A stretch of 64,000 bases of DNA from Euglena gracilis (Eukaryota): assembly GCA_039621445.1 (NCBI GenBank), contig CP154954.1:20074642-20138641 (forward strand), written 5' to 3'. This document shows positions 36,877-51,117 of the stretch, piece by piece (positions within the stretch are counted from its first letter, which is position 1; every line of letters begins with the position of its first letter). The translations under genes and the position numbers were made by a program. The notes below the pieces were generated by a model. That model was given only the letters and a program-made list of their open reading frames with translations. It was not told the DNA's origin and made no database searches.

Positions 36877-39800
36877 CTAAAAGCTCTTGAACCTTCACTA
36901 TAAACACTGGTTCAGACCAAGAACAGCACCTTGGCCAAAATTTTAGGGGGGCAACCGCAGCGCCAAATCTCCGCCCCCGCCAGGCCTTTGCTTGAGGACC
37001 GGGGGTCCACTGGCAAGAAATTTGGACTAGCTGGAAAAAAAATGCTACAACCTCCCTCCCCCCCCCGGGGGGGGAGGGGGACAGAAATTTTTTAGTTTCT
37101 TCCTCCGGCGCTGGTGGAAATGAGGTTTTTAATGGGTTCTTGGCTGATTTTGCTCCAAAGAATCCCAAAAGGTGGTGTGTTGATTGCCCATGAAACAGGT
37201 TGAGTTGAAAGGTGATCAGCCACCGATTGACAGGAGATTGACCGGTCCAAACTGGATGATATTTTAAGGGTTTTGCCAATTGGAATAAATTGGGAGAAAT
37301 GTGTGGCAGTTTTCAAAATGTTGTTTGTGTGGGGTTTTCCATTTCGGAGTCTGGGTTTAAGAACGCCCCTAGACGATTTTTTGGTGGTCTCTTGGGGGAC
37401 CCCAAGGCTCTTTTTGTCAAACAACTGTGTCCACGCGAAGAGTGAGTCAGGGGGAGAGCGGGGGCCAGGCCTTTGCTTACCCCTCCCCTGGGGGGCTGGA
37501 CTGCAGCTAGACCAAATTTGGACAGTGGGAATTGGAGTGGACCCGCGGGGGGGGGGGGGCTATCAAGCCTAGCGGCGGAAAAAAGTTTTTTTCCAGTGAC
37601 TGGCATAAAGCGCCGAAAATTCTGGGACCCCCCAAAGCTGGCCAAAAATGCCCATTTTTTGGCCCCCCTAGTCGGAGGGGTGGGTTTCGAAAAGTTTTCG
37701 GATGGTTGGGTGGGTGGGTGGATTTGGGCTTGGGAAAAACACCCCCCCCCGGATCACCAAATGAATGGGATTGAGGTCAGACAAGCACCATTCTGTAGCG
37801 TGCGAAATACCAATCGAAAAAGTTCTCCGCTCATTTCCCTTGATTCCCCCTCCATTAAAACATGGATTTTGAACCGGGCAATAATTCACAACTAACCCCA
37901 GGGGTTGGGCAATCACCCACCCAAAAACACCCAAAATCAGCCAAAAAACACATGTAATTTTCCCAGCCAACTTCCACCCACCCACCCACTTTCGAAATCC
38001 AGCCAGCCATCCCCCCACCCCGGGGGTGGGGGGATGGCACCCGAATATCGGGAACCCCCGACGCAATATGCGTACCAGCCTATGACGCAACCGTCTGCTG
38101 GACCGGCAGAATTTCTGTGCCCAGTTCATCTAGAAACTAGAAGTAATCTGCCCATACAACGGGAACAATACATGGCACCCCCCAGGGCTCAACCGGAGCC
38201 CGCATCTTGGGCAGATGATCCAGATGATCTAGAGCAGGCTAAGCCGAAGGCCGAATAGAGGGGTGGGATTACACAATGCATAACCTCAATGCATCACACA
38301 GCTGAAATTACGGATGCCACAAAAACTAAAAATCGGCAGCACGTGAAAAAATATGCAAAAATAAATGCAATGAAGCGTATAGCATAATGCCCAGTTCCAA
38401 AATTATGCAATTTGTTACATTGAAAAAATCGCAAACATCTTTTCGTCTTTGTTTTTATTCTGGCTGGAGAGCATCGACGGGGGGGGAGTCTACCATTCAA
38501 TGACATCGGGGGGTTGTTTCCTCACTGGACGCAGGTGTGGTTACCGTCCTTGTGGTCCCATGTTTTCCATCAAACCGTCACCAACAGACTGCCTGTGTGC
38601 TAAGTCACTATTTGGGGCCCTGACTGCTAGCAGCGCCAGCGCGGTCCCCCTCTTTGCGTCATCAGCAGGGCCTCGCAAACATCTGCTAACGGTGTGCTCT
38701 GCCCTTAACAAGAATTGCCCTCTCCCCGTGGTAAACAGGACGTTATTTCATGCAGGGTGAGAATGGTCAGCAAACCCTGCTCCCTAATAGAAGCACAGGT
38801 GCGCTTACAGCGGACTGCCGCCTCCAGCGGAGGGGAGTGCGCTTCTATTTGGACCCTACCTGTGCGACTTTTGTTGATTTCCTTTCGAAATCCCATCAAA
38901 ATGGGGAGTGTGCTTGTAGTGGTCCGCCGCCTTTGGCGGCGGGGGGGGGGGTGCACCTTTATTTGTTCCCTGCGCTTGTAGCGGTCCCGTGCTTCTATTG
39001 GGGGGGGGGGTTCAACCATTTCGAAAGCGGTCAAACTGCTCAGGTGTGCATTTCCCCCACTCTGCTGGTGCTGCTGAGAAATGAAGAAAAGAAATGCCCC
39101 ATTCGTTTTTGCTTGCTTGCTTGCTTGCATGTTTCAGCTGGGGGGGTTCAAATTCGATTCAGCAATCCCATGTGGATGGGTGTGTTTGCAAGGACAGCGG
39201 CGGTGTCACAAGGCAGGTAGTCCTCCCATGTGATTTCCAGGACTCGGTGTGGCGGGCGTATCCATCTTTCTCCCTCTGGGTCCGGACGTTTGCTGGGGAG
39301 CAGAACCGTCTGCAGCGGCTCCTGTTTCACAGGTGCACCCCCTCAGCGTTGCTCAAGGCAGATTTTGTCCCTCAAAGTGACAGAAAGGAAACTGCTTCTT
39401 TTCCATTTTCCGGCACGGTGATGCTCAACTGCACAACCACGGAACTAGTGTATCTCAAAAGCCGCAGTGTGGTTTGGGAGCGGCTCAGTTCGCCTCCAGT
39501 CCCCCCAGCAGTGTGCTGCAGGCAACCCTTTGGTTGTGCTTTTCCCTCGTGTTGTGTTGCTCAACCATTCAACTTGGTTTGGGCCAGGGTCATTTATTTA
39601 TTATTATATCATTTATTAATTATTGTTGAATATTAATACTAATTAATATTGATCAATAATAATATTAATTAATTATTTGTTAAAGATTGGAAACCTGGGG
39701 GGTAGTTCGCCAGACCTCCTCCCATCCCCCTCCAGGGAGTACAAGGGCTTGTGGGTCCTCGAGGAATAATCGGTCCAAAATGAGGAAAATTTTCAACTCG

Positions 39801-39996
39801 GAGGAATTTCGAGCAAAAATAAAGAAAATTGCCAGGAAAAAAATACAAAAAAAACCCAAGAAAGAAATAATAAAAAAAAACGTTTGTGTTTAAGAAACCA
39901 AAAAACCAGGGCGTTACGTGATGTAATACAAAACCTTTCATTTGTTTCATCAACCAAAAAACATGCACATATGAACCATTTGGTTGGCCATGCACC

Positions 39997-40219
39997 GAAT
40001 GCACTCCCGCTTCACCTTCTCCTGTTCCTTTAGCAGCTGCTTCACCTCCTTCTCCGCGTCGATGGCAGCCTTCGTCACGTCGGACACCACCATGTCCAGC
40101 CAGAACTTCGCCTTCTCCTCCTCCGACTCCTTCGCCCACTTGTCGGCCGGCAGACCATGGCTGGCCTTCACCTGGTCCAGCAGGGCCCCCAATTCCTGGG
40201 GGCTCAACGGCAGGCACCA
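39997..40219 (-). CDS. Internal exon, helical/coiled-coil unknown protein (WCLPLSPQELGALLDQVKASHGLPADKWAKESEEEKAKFWLDMVVSDVTKAAIDAEKEVKQLLKEQEKVKRECIR)
   Basis: Strong GC3 bias; ttttacacag acceptor; gtgcat donor (approximate). Confidence 0.75.
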
Positions 40220-43200
40220 CTGTGTAAAATGCCTCAAAAACTTTGAAAAAAACTAACAACGTTTGACAACTGTTTCGCCAATGTTGTCTTAAACTGCCTT
40301 GAACTGTTAAAGTTGAACCATGAAAAATTCATTCTAGCCTAATTTTCTCTGACCGAGCAAAAAAAACCTTGGCAAAACCAAATCAACTCCAGGGAAAAAA
40401 TCCTTCTGGCATTATCTATCAATCAAATCTCAAAAAAATGTGCTTTTAATTTTGGACAAATCCAAAATCAAAAAAAGTTGGTTTGATGCTCGGCACCAAA
40501 AAAAACTTTTAAAAATAAAAAATGCCTCCAATAAATCCCTTTCAAATTAATGCCTGCTCAGCAGAGGGAAATTGGTCTGGCTGGGGTCCAGCTTTGTGTG
40601 CGTCAAGGGCTGCCCCCAGCAAGCGATGGCTGAACTTTGGGAAAGAGCAATTCAAAAAGCAGGCGAGTGCAATGTGTGCGTTATGCATGAGTACATGGGA
40701 GATTGGGGAAGTGAGGAGTGGGACCAAATGATGGAATGGGAGGATAAACCAATGGGGGGGGCATATCGGTGTGTGAAATACAAACAAAAAAAATTCTCCT
40801 CTCAACTTTGATTCCTTCTCCATTAAAACATGGATTTTGAACCGGGAGATAATTCACAACTCCAACCCTGGGGGGTTGGACAATCACCTGCCCGAAATCA
40901 CCCAACATCGAACAAAAAAAGCCTGCAATTCTTCCGGCCAACCTCCAATGGCCCCCAAACCCATCCACTCACTTCCGAAACCCCACCCACCCCAAAAGGG
41001 TGGGTCAGCGACGGCACAAAAGCTGCTTTTAGTGACACGAGTATGAGAACTCGTTCCTGTGGGCAGCCCTAAACTCAAGTCGTAGACAGCAGCGTCCTGG
41101 GAAGCAGCCATTCTCAAGAGAAACGGACTGGAGATAAAACAAATACAACAGAAAGCAACGGAGCGCCTTGATTTGAAAAGGTGGCCAATGCAGTGCATTA
41201 TGTTTCTGTTGGAAATTGAGAGATTGGGGGAATGCAAACACACACAAACAAACACACACACACACACTTTGTCAAAATCGAAACACACAAACAAACACAA
41301 AAACACACAAACAACACACACACAAACAAACACACACAAACACACTTTGTCAAAATCGAAAAACATAAATCACAAAAAAAAGTGTTTGCATCCATCCCCC
41401 CCCCCTGCTGACAATGTTTAACTGACATTGGTGTGCTTGTGAGTTTCACACATGGTTAGTTTGCGCAAATGCACCTGAGCAAACCAACCACTTGCGCAAC
41501 TTCACATGACTGCAGTTTTTTTTTTGAAATCTTAAAAATGAGATACTTTGAAGAATTCTGAATACAACACAAAAACACTTGCCTTCAGGGCCCAAATTGG
41601 GCATTAACAGTTGAGCCTCTGAAAAACCATGTTTGACTCTTTAAGCAATAAACCCTTAAACAATAAACAGCTACCCTAGATTTTATTCTTAAATTTCGAG
41701 TTTAAAGCTGTCCTGTACCCCCAGGATTTAGTCCGAAAATGGGGCACAATTCATTGGTACAAATGGTTTTGCTGGCTTCAAGTCACTTTAATGATTTTTT
41801 ATTTGAAAAAAAACTCCCCCCCCGGGTCCCAGCCACAGATTCACTCAATGACCCTGGGGGGGAGGCACTTTCTTGGGCCCAAACCCACCCACCCACTTTT
41901 TCAAAAACCCCAACCCACCACACGGGGGGGGGGGTCAACCACCCATCCACCTACCCGAAATCCATCCAAAATCGACCGAAAACGCTGAAAAAACAAAACC
42001 CTGCCCCACGATGCACTCTAACTCCCCCCAACCCCCCAGGGGCCCCCCAACCACCTGTGTGACCTCTCTCCGGGGGGGGAGGGGTCACACAGGTGTTAAA
42101 TGAATCTATGGTCCCGGCCCAAAACCAGCCAATCCCTCTGAAAAAACCAGTCACCCATCCGCACTCATCAACCACTTGTGGCGCCATTCTCTAACAGCCC
42201 ATTCCTACCTTCTTCGTTGCATTTAAATTCCACTCCTTTCATAACTTCAAAAAAAATATCCACACAAGCAAAACGGTGGACCGGAACCCCACCTCCAAAA
42301 CACCACCTAGCGCTGGCAGTTGTCACATAGAAATGGGGGATCAATACTGGGTTTTGTGTATTTTGGGGGATTTCTTCCTTCGGTGAGGTCAATTTTGGGG
42401 ATTTCGCAACTCAGTGACATGTGTTGGAGGGTCAAATCACCAAATTTGCACCATTCCCTCTGCTGCCAACACCAGAAAATTGTGAAAATCAACAAACGGA
42501 GGGCCCTCCCCCCTCCTCAAAGAAAAAACTAGAGACCTAATGCAGTTGTACCACATGACACAAAGCATCCAAAAGAGCGCAGTAAGGACATTCCATCCAG
42601 AATAAAGCAGACTGGAAATTTTGGATCAGAAAAATTAAAAATATCAGAGTTCTTTTGAGGCCGGGATTGGACATACCCCCCCTTGCCCCTCGACCAGGGG
42701 GGCGTGGGCGTACCCCGAGACCTGCAACCCCCTTATCGGGGTGTGCTCAGTACATGGGGTCGGTGAGCAAGGGGATGGGCGGGTAATACAGGTAACCAAA
42801 AATGCCCAAATAAAACCTTGGGCCTCTTTGGGAAAACGTGTATTTTCACAATGCATTGCCACTTGTTGCAGCATCTCGCTCAGTTGCCCAAACTCCATGG
42901 CTATCTTTAAACTGAGGGGTGGGGGAAATCTGACCGGGAACAATTGCCGACGGAAAAATTCTTGAGAAATATTGGGCGAATACTTAGAATGACGGGGAAA
43001 AATCTGGATGCCCGTTTAAAACGGCGGGGAAGAATTCTTGGACGGAAAAATATTGTGAACCCATTATCCGGGAAAACCATCAGAATTCACATCAGAATGC
43101 TGAGGATTTCCGACGCCCAACGCTCGAAAATTGGTGGAATCCTAACTCCAAATTGCAAGATAAAACAAAACAACACCATCTTTCATTTTGTACCATCAAA

Positions 43201-43574
43201 TATACCTTTCTAACAAATGATTTGGAACATGAATGCACTCCAAGAATCAACGCAAAGCGCTAAAAAAAATTCTGGGACGTTCACTGGAGGCAATTTGCCT
43301 TAAATTTGCCTGAAAAAAAATCCTTGACGGATCCTGAAAATGGCTGAAAAATCCTGGACAAAATTTCGCTTCCAGAATTGTTCCCATAACAATTCCCCAT
43401 TCAACCCCCCCCCCGGCTGTGAAATACCTGCTTTCTGACAACAGCTTGCATTATGGCCAGGAAGAGCTAGAGTGTGTGTGTGTTGGTGTGTGTGTAGTCG
43501 AATCTTTTTGAGACCTCAAAATTTTCTCAAAATTTTCATGCCAGGGAGCTACCTCCCCACTGGGCTCTTGGACC

Positions 43575-43978
43575 CAGGCTTGTATGGGAATCTCGCCAGT
43601 TTTCGGTCGCCGAACTTCTCACCATTGAGTGCAAAATTTCGGCCGTTTTTGGGGGGGGTCAAAAAATCAATTTTTCTGAATTTTGATTTTTAATGGTGGG
43701 GAATCAAAGGAAAATATCCGCAGCCCTAAATTGAAGCCCTTAAAATGCCCCATCTGACAGTTTTTTTGATTTCCCCGCAACTCCCCGCCTAGCCCGAGTT
43801 ATGACCATTTTGCCAAAATTTCATATTGAGGCGCGAAATGCCGGAAGATTCTTTTTGCCCCCGTGGAAGAGGAGGGGGGAGGTGGGGGGACCCCCCCCCA
43901 CCACCTTACCCACCTAGGGGGGGGGTGACCCCCCCCCTACCACCTACTTCATGTCGACGGAGCTTCCATACAACCCTG
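43575..43978. mobile_element. hAT-type MITE
   Basis: TIR caggcttgtatgg / ccatacaaccctg; TSD cttggacc / cttggccc (7/8). Confidence 0.7.
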
Positions 43979-45720
43979 CTTGGCCCGGGCCATGATTGAA
44001 GGTAAGGTCAGGGGGCCAACCTTTGGGGGGGCAAATTTGCATGTTAAGAATTTTGGCAGCTACGTGCAAAAGGCCGAAGACCAACTTTACCAACTTTAGG
44101 GGGGCCAAGTTTGCACCTAAGGAGGAGGGGGGCCGGGGGGGGGGGGGGTACTTCAGATCAACCTGCTCATTCTTCTATTGGTCATTCTGGATGTACTAAA
44201 AAGTTGCTGGCATCTGCAAAAACAGCATCAGAAAATTGTGGAGAAAAAAATCTCATCTAAAAATTCCTGCCAAAATTAAGCAAATATCAAAAAACACTAT
44301 AAAAAATTAGAATTGAAATAGATGTGGAGTTAAATTGAGTGTGGGAAAATGAGGTGCATAAGAAGACAGCAAAACAATTCTATTCAGATTTAAAAGAATG
44401 CGCAGTGCCGATTGCAGTGTGAAAACCTGGAGTGACCGGTCAGCAGGTTGACAACGTCGAAAACGGCAGAGGAGGAATGGATATATACAAGAGCCAATAA
44501 AAAAAAAAACTGAAACAAAATCTCAAATGCGGAGCAATTGTTGATAATTATTTCTTATTTACTGAATGAATCAAAGCTCAATCTTCAAAAAGGCAGACAA
44601 ACACCCATTTTCACATCAATTTTGTGCCGGTGACAAAAAAAGCCTCAGCAAAAAAAACACGCATTATCCTAATTGCGCACACACCCAATAAACGAGCCCA
44701 AAAAAAATGTCTGTTGATGAGAAACAAAACCAAAACCACATTTTCATAATTGTCTGTTGTTGTTGTTGTTGTTGTTGCTACTGCTGCTGTTGTTGCAATC
44801 CAAAAAAGACACAACAATCGCCTGGTATCACAAGAACTGACGGTCAGTTGAAATCAAAAGAAATAATGAAAAATGGGTGATAATATTCCTTATAAGCACC
44901 ACCGAGGGGTCCGAAAATTGATTCCCAAAAATGCGAGGGGTGACTAGGGGAGTGACATTTTTAAAAAATGTCGAATATTCATTCAAACCAACTGGCACTT
45001 TTCATGATTGAGAAAAATCCTACAAACAAAAATACGCCGTCGAAGTTCCATGAATGCCAAATGCCAAATGAAAGCATTTGATGAAAAGCTTTCCTTTGGG
45101 GGCAACATTCTAAAACACGCCAATCCATCATGGCGCAGTATGGCATCCAGACAAGGCACCTTATTATTCAGCACTTGAGTGGAGGCAGGGTACAAATTGT
45201 CGCATGGAATGTGGCCAGCTGATATGGTGCTGGGCAATAGGACAAAAAAAAGCAGGGATAATTCCAAGGGTCAGCCATAAACTGTGATAAAGCAGAGGCG
45301 GCTGAGGAGAGTCCGGAACCCCATCTGTCTATTCACTGAACCTTGGTTGAGGGTTGTGAGAGTCAAAATTGTGAAGCTTTGCTGCTCACAGAATTCCCCC
45401 CCACAGGTGAGAACAGAGCAAAGCACGCGGCTCATGACCAGTTGTTGTTATTCCAGGACCAGATTTTCATTTTTACCCCATTATCTCATTGTGCCCACTC
45501 TACCGGGGGTGGGGGGGTCAAAAATGACCGATTTTCAACCCAGCACAAAACACAAAAAAAACATTAATCTCGACCAAAAATTGCCGAAAATGGGATTCTT
45601 CCCACTTTGCCCTGGAGTGCCTAAGCTGGTAGGCACTCAGTGTCTACCTGGCCAAAAATGTCCGAAAATGGTTTTGTGGGGCTTCTGATGCCTTTAGCTG
45701 GAAGTGCCTTGGCCGAGCAC

Positions 45721-47353
45721 CAAGCACCTCTGGTCAGCCATGCCCTTGGGCCCAGCATCGCCCAGCATCGCCCAGCATCGCCCAGCATCGCCCAGCATCG
45801 CCTTTGGAGCCCTTGAAGGTGTACCTATAATGCCTGCTGCTTTTGCCGCTCTAGCCCACTTTTGGTTGCTTTTGGCCATCTTTGGTAGCTTTTTGACCAC
45901 TTTGACCACTTTTGACTGCTTTTTGCCCACATTGACCACTTTTGACTGCTTTTTGACCACCGTTGCCCACATTTGCTGCCCTTTGACCAATTTTGACTGC
46001 TTCTTGACCACTTTTGCTGCTTTTTGCCCACCTTTGCCCACCTTTGCCATGTCCAACCACCTTTGCGGCTTTTTGATCACTTTTGCTGCTTTTTGACCAC
46101 TTTTGGCCCCTTTTGCCTGCTTTTTGACCACTTTTGACAACTTCTGTTGCTTTTCGACCACTTTTGCCCACGTTTGCTACTTTTTGCCCACTTTTGGCCA
46201 TTGTTGCTGCTTTTTGATCACTTTCACTTTTTTTTTGCCCACTTTTGCTGCTTTTTGACCACTTTTGTCCACTTTTGCCCACTTTTTTTTTACCACTTTT
46301 GCTGCTTTCTGACCACCTTTACCCCACTTTTGCCTGCTTTTTGACCACTTTTTGACCACTTTTGCTGCTTTTTGCCGGAGGATGTGGTGCAGGCCTGTGA
46401 GATGGCAACATCGAGTGCAAGTTGCAAACCTCTTGCCGGTCAGACAAACAAAATCCAAAACAGTTGTTGTGCTGGAGGGTGGAGGGTGGCACCCCATCTT
46501 GTCCATCTGCATCTTGTCCAGTCTGCACCTTGTCAAACATCTGCATCTTGTCCAGCATCTGCTTCTTGTCCAGCAACTGCATCTTGTCCACCATCTACTT
46601 CTTGTCCAGAAACTGCATCTTGTCCACCATTTGCATGTTGTCCAGTGTCTGCATCCAATTCATCTTGTCCAACATCGGCATCTTGTCCAATATCTGCATC
46701 TTGTCTAGCATCTGCATCTTGTCCAGCATCGGCATCTTGTCCAGCAACTGCATCCAGTTCATCTTGTCCAGCATCGGCATCTTGTCCAGTGTCTTCATCT
46801 TGTCCAGCATCTGCATCTTCTCCAGCATCGGCATCTTGTAGCATCTGCATCTTGTCCACCATCTGTCCAGTATTCATCCGTTGGCTCCTGACCAAGCCAA
46901 AATAACCACAAAAGCCCAAAAAATGGCCACAAAAAGCCCAAAATTGACCACAAAAAGCCCCAAAAAGCAACCAAAATAACCAAAAATTGCCCAAAAAACG
47001 CCAACAATGTCTACAAAAGATTGTGAAAAATGACTCAAAATCACCAAAAAGGCGCAAAATGGCCAAAAAATGCCATAAAATCTGCTCAAAAAGGCCCCAA
47101 TTAGCCCAATATTTGCCAAATCAGTGATAAATAGCCCCCAAATTAGCAAAAATTGACCCATTATGGCCAAAATGGGTGTAAAACTGGAGATTTGTGGGAA
47201 AATTATCCCAAAAATAATTCAATTCTCCAAAATATACAAAAAAATGCCAGCATCGCCCAGCATCGCCCAGCATCGCCCAGCATCGGAACCCCACCTCTGG
47301 TCTCCAAAAATCCAGCATCGCCCAGCATCGCCCAGCATCATCAGAGGTGCTTG
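45721..47353. mobile_element. Non-autonomous hAT element with cccagcatcg subterminal repeats
   Basis: TIR caagcacctctg / cagaggtgcttg; perfect TSD ccgagcac (45713-45720, 47354-47361). Confidence 0.9.
46495..46870. repeat. Degenerate 18-bp tandem repeat (tctgcatcttgtccagca)
   Basis: About 20 units, inside the 45721-47353 element. Confidence 0.9.
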
Positions 47354-47988
47354 CCGAGCACCCAGGCACTTTGGTCATAAGGCCATTTCCCCTCCTGGAA
47401 GGGAGGGTCGGGTCTCGCATGCACCGCCTTGAAATTCAAGCTGATCACCATGACGCCACCAATGACAATGACGACTATGATCAAAATGATTAACACCATC
47501 ACCAACACACCATTAAACCCCCAAATAACCTGGCGGGGTGCCAGGCCACTGAAACCATCTTTGGGCTTCGCCCCTCCCAAGTTGTTTCAGCCGTTCCCAG
47601 CACCTTTTTCCTAGCCAGCTCAAATTTCCCAGACTCTTGGCCAAACACCTCCCTGGGGGGGGGGTCGCTAAGCAAAGGCTTGGACCCAACGGGTGGAAAG
47701 GGGGAAAAAGATGGTTCTAGCCACATTGCACCATTTTTTTGGCCGGAAATTCTCAACTGTGCTCACCGACTGGGGATCGAACCAAATACCGAAAAATCGA
47801 AACGGAAAAAAAATACCCCAAAAAGCTGCCAATTCTGCACAAAAAATTTTTGAGCCAAAATTTGTCCCGACCAGCCCCTTTCCAAGGCATTTTTTTGGCC
47901 CATTCTTGCAGAGTGTCTGAATAGAAAACTTAAGTTGGACAGTGCCAGCAGATCCCTGGCCGGGGCAAACTGTGCGGCTGGGGTATGC

Positions 47989-48130
47989 TCAGAGGTAGGA
48001 GTAGGCGGACCTCGCTGGGCTACAAGGTTGGCAGGCGTGGGCGGCCACCCGGTGCACCACGGGCGGTGGCGCGTATGGGACACGGGTGGGCACATAGGGG
48101 ACGGCCGCCGGGGAGTAGGCACGGGAAGAC
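47989..48130 (-). CDS. Terminal exon, Pro/Val/Tyr-rich (RSSRAYSPAAVPYVPTRVPYAPPPVVHRVAAHACQPCSPARSAYSYL*)
   Basis: ttccccag acceptor; phase 2 matches the upstream exon; TGA at 47991-47989. Confidence 0.55.
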
Positions 48131-49150
48131 CTGGGGAAAGGGGGTTTATCTGTATGCACGCCCCGAGGGCAGGGCGGAACGGGAAGGCCTGGTGGGGGGG
48201 TCAACCTCCCCCACCCACCACACAGCATTTTCACAGATTTTTTTTTAACAAATCCACCCGGCGCCAAAGGCGCTGGGAAGAATTTTTGGGGGTCGAAAAT
48301 TGGTGCTCCCAAAAATACGGGAGGGGGTGGGGGGTGGTCGACCCCCCCCACCCACCACCCTGCTGTTTGGCCGATTCCTATTTTGCCCTGCCCGAGGGTC
48401 TGGAATATCTCCCTCCCTGTACAGAAAAAATTTCGGGCTTGAAAAAAACCCAAAAATCTCGCACACTTCTTAGGAAAATTGGCTGGAACATACACCCAAA
48501 AACTCATCTTCTCTGGCGGTTCGGGCTGCGGGAAATCTTTTTTCTTTGGGGGTCCTGGACCTCCCCTCCCCCCCCTCGGGATGCAAGGGGGAGGGGATGG
48601 TTCTCTTCAGGCCGGGTTAAACATATTTTTTTTGGTTTGTTGATTCACCATGGAAGGATTGTATGCTGAGTCATCTAGGGGGTGGTCACTGCACTCATGT
48701 TGCTGAAGTCAGCGTCCGTTTTGCTCTGGCAGGAGGAGGAGGAGGGAGCCCTTCCCCTCCCACCTGCCAATCCCCCCTCCCGGAGACCACCCTGTTTGAA
48801 CGTCCAGAGTGGGCCCAAATTTTGGAAAATTTTTGCCCCTCAGACTTGAAAGATTTGAACTTTCTGGAGAATGGTGCAAGGGCTTAAAAACACCAAAATT
48901 GAACCCATCCCCTGGGTCTCAACATCACGCAGGTCGCAAAATAGAGGGTCGCAGCAAGGAAAAGACCAAAAAGAACAAGCGTGGGTTTCAAAACCGGCTT
49001 CCAGGACAGTAGAATATTGCACACATGCGCAACGGCGTATACAAAAGCTCAAATGAGAATTAGATTTGGTCTAACACACAAGCAAGAAACCCGACGATAA
49101 GCAAAAAATCAACAAAACTTAAATACCAAGGGCACAATGAGTACACATAC

Positions 49151-49231
49151 CGCAAGACGGAAGAATATCCCAACACAGAAGATGCCGGAATGCGCTCCTC
49201 TGTCACAGCAACCGTCTGATTCAGGCCTCTC
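49151..49231 (-). CDS. Internal exon (RGLNQTVAVTEERIPASSVLGYSSVL)
   Basis: AG / GTATG boundaries; 81 nt, phase 2 to 2. Confidence 0.5.
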
Positions 49232-49888
49232 CTGAATCTAACTGTGGAGAAATATTACCTTTTCAATTTGTTGACATCAATTTTCAACCCTTGAATAAAA
49301 CTAAACTGTTCTGGATGTTTCCTTTGTTTCCTGTCAGATTTAAAATATATCAAAAAATTAACCCCCCAAACAACACTCCTTTGCCAAAATATGACCTCCC
49401 TGTCAATTTTCAGCAAAAACAACAACAACAAAAAGCAGCCCCCAGGGTTCATTATATGAAGGCAGGTGGGCTGAAATTGAACTTCTTTTTGCATTCTTTA
49501 GGGAGAAGAAGTCTGCCCCGGTTGATGCTGGATTCATACTTCCTGTGGAATGGACGATGAGGGGATGAGGACACACACCCACACACCCACACCCACACCC
49601 ACACCCACCCACCCACCCACCACCCACACAAAGAGAGAGAGGGGGGAGTACGACAGATGAGGGTGGGCAACCCACTGCACCCACCAAGCCTGACCTGTCA
49701 TCCACAATTTTTGAGAAAAATCTCACATGAATGGGTTTTCGCTTGGTAATTGTTCTTCTGGCTTTTTCAATGAGAGCACAGTGTGTGATTCGTTTTCAAA
49801 GTGCTTCACCTCTGGACCCCTCTGGAGCCACAACCACACCACTCCAACGAGCAACAACACATTCCATTCGGGGAAGGAGCAGCGGCAC

Positions 49889-50009
49889 CTCAGCATGCGC
49901 TCCTTGACGTTCTCGATATCCACCCATGAGGCCGGAACGACCTCCCGCCGGCTGAAACTGCTGCCAGGGATGGCAGATGGAGTTGGGCCGCAGCACATAA
50001 GGCTTGAAC
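49889..50009 (-). CDS. Exon (SSLMCCGPTPSAIPGSSFSRREVVPASWVDIENVKERML)
   Basis: AG / GTGCC boundaries; GC3-rich; phase 1 to 2. Confidence 0.55.
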
Positions 50010-50681
50010 CTTCCGGGGCAATTCGAGAAAAGGTCAGCATGTGGTTTACCTCGGACGAGGTAAATTGGAAACGGGGAATTTCTCAGGACCCCGGTCAACC
50101 AGCCGGCTGGAAAATAAATGCTGGCTGCCCCCCCCCCCAGTGGGTGGGGCGGGGGGTCCTATCGGCTGCCGGGCGGACACAGGTGGCATGGCGAACAGGC
50201 CAAAAAAGCCCAACTCCAGCTGGTTTGGTTTTTAACCAAAAATTTGAGTTGAAAGCCCATGAAAGAAACTACCAAAATAAGCCATTTTGACCCTTTCTTC
50301 CCCAAAAAAGAATTCCGTTCAAGCTGGGTGAGCCAAACTTCATTTCCACTAAACCCGGGGGAGAGGGGGAGGGGTCTGCAGCCTGGCTGGAAGCTGCTGG
50401 CTGTGACCAAAAACTTTACATCTTGAATCAAACTGCAGCAAACTTGCGATTGAGCAACCAAATCCGCGACTTTCTTTTTAAGTACTTTTTCGCCGTTTAG
50501 CCCTTTTGAAGCCATTTAATCAGAATCAGGTTTCAATTTTGTAGATTTTTGGCCATTCTCAGGCGGCGCATCTCGCACTTAAGGAATTTTTCTTTGTCGA
50601 TGTGCGCAATTGCGCACATCGACATTTTTTTTACGAAACCCCCAAATCTGCCGGTTGCCTCTGTCGAAAAAAAAATGGAAC

Positions 50682-50983
50682 CAGGTTGTTTTTTTTACCA
50701 ACCCTGGAGGGGAGGGGGGTCCAGAGTGCTTTGGGGTGCCTGCCCAGGCAGGCACTGACCCGGGGGGGGGTCAGATATCGGCCTGCGCCCAGGCACATTC
50801 CTTTAAAAAAAAGGCCATTTTTGGCTCCCCGGTGCCTTCGGCGCCGGGGTCTGTGCTAGCGCACTTTTGGCCGTGTGCCCCCCCCCCCCCCGGGGGGTCG
50901 GATCGGGAGTGCCTTGGAGTTTCTGCCCAGGCAGCCCCCCCCCCCCCAGGTGGGGTCAGCACTCGACTGAAAAAAACAGCCTG
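50682..50983. mobile_element. hAT-type MITE (tgcctgcccaggcaggca family)
   Basis: TIR caggttgtttttt / aaaaaacagcctg; TSD aatggaac / attggaac (7/8). Confidence 0.8.
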
Positions 50984-51117
50984 ATTGGAACAAACACAAA
51001 TCTACAGGAAAGTTCCAATTCACGGACGGTTCGAATTCACAATCCTAACTGAAGTTGCGACTGGAACCTTCAACAACATGTCTGTTGTCACTTCTCCCAC
51101 AGGTTGTGTTTTTACAC

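Noticed and set aside
46352-47066. Repetitive proteins (ASASCP / QDADAG / LDKMQM ORFs)
   Set aside because: An 18-bp repeat keeps several frames open on both strands and lies within a TSD-bounded element
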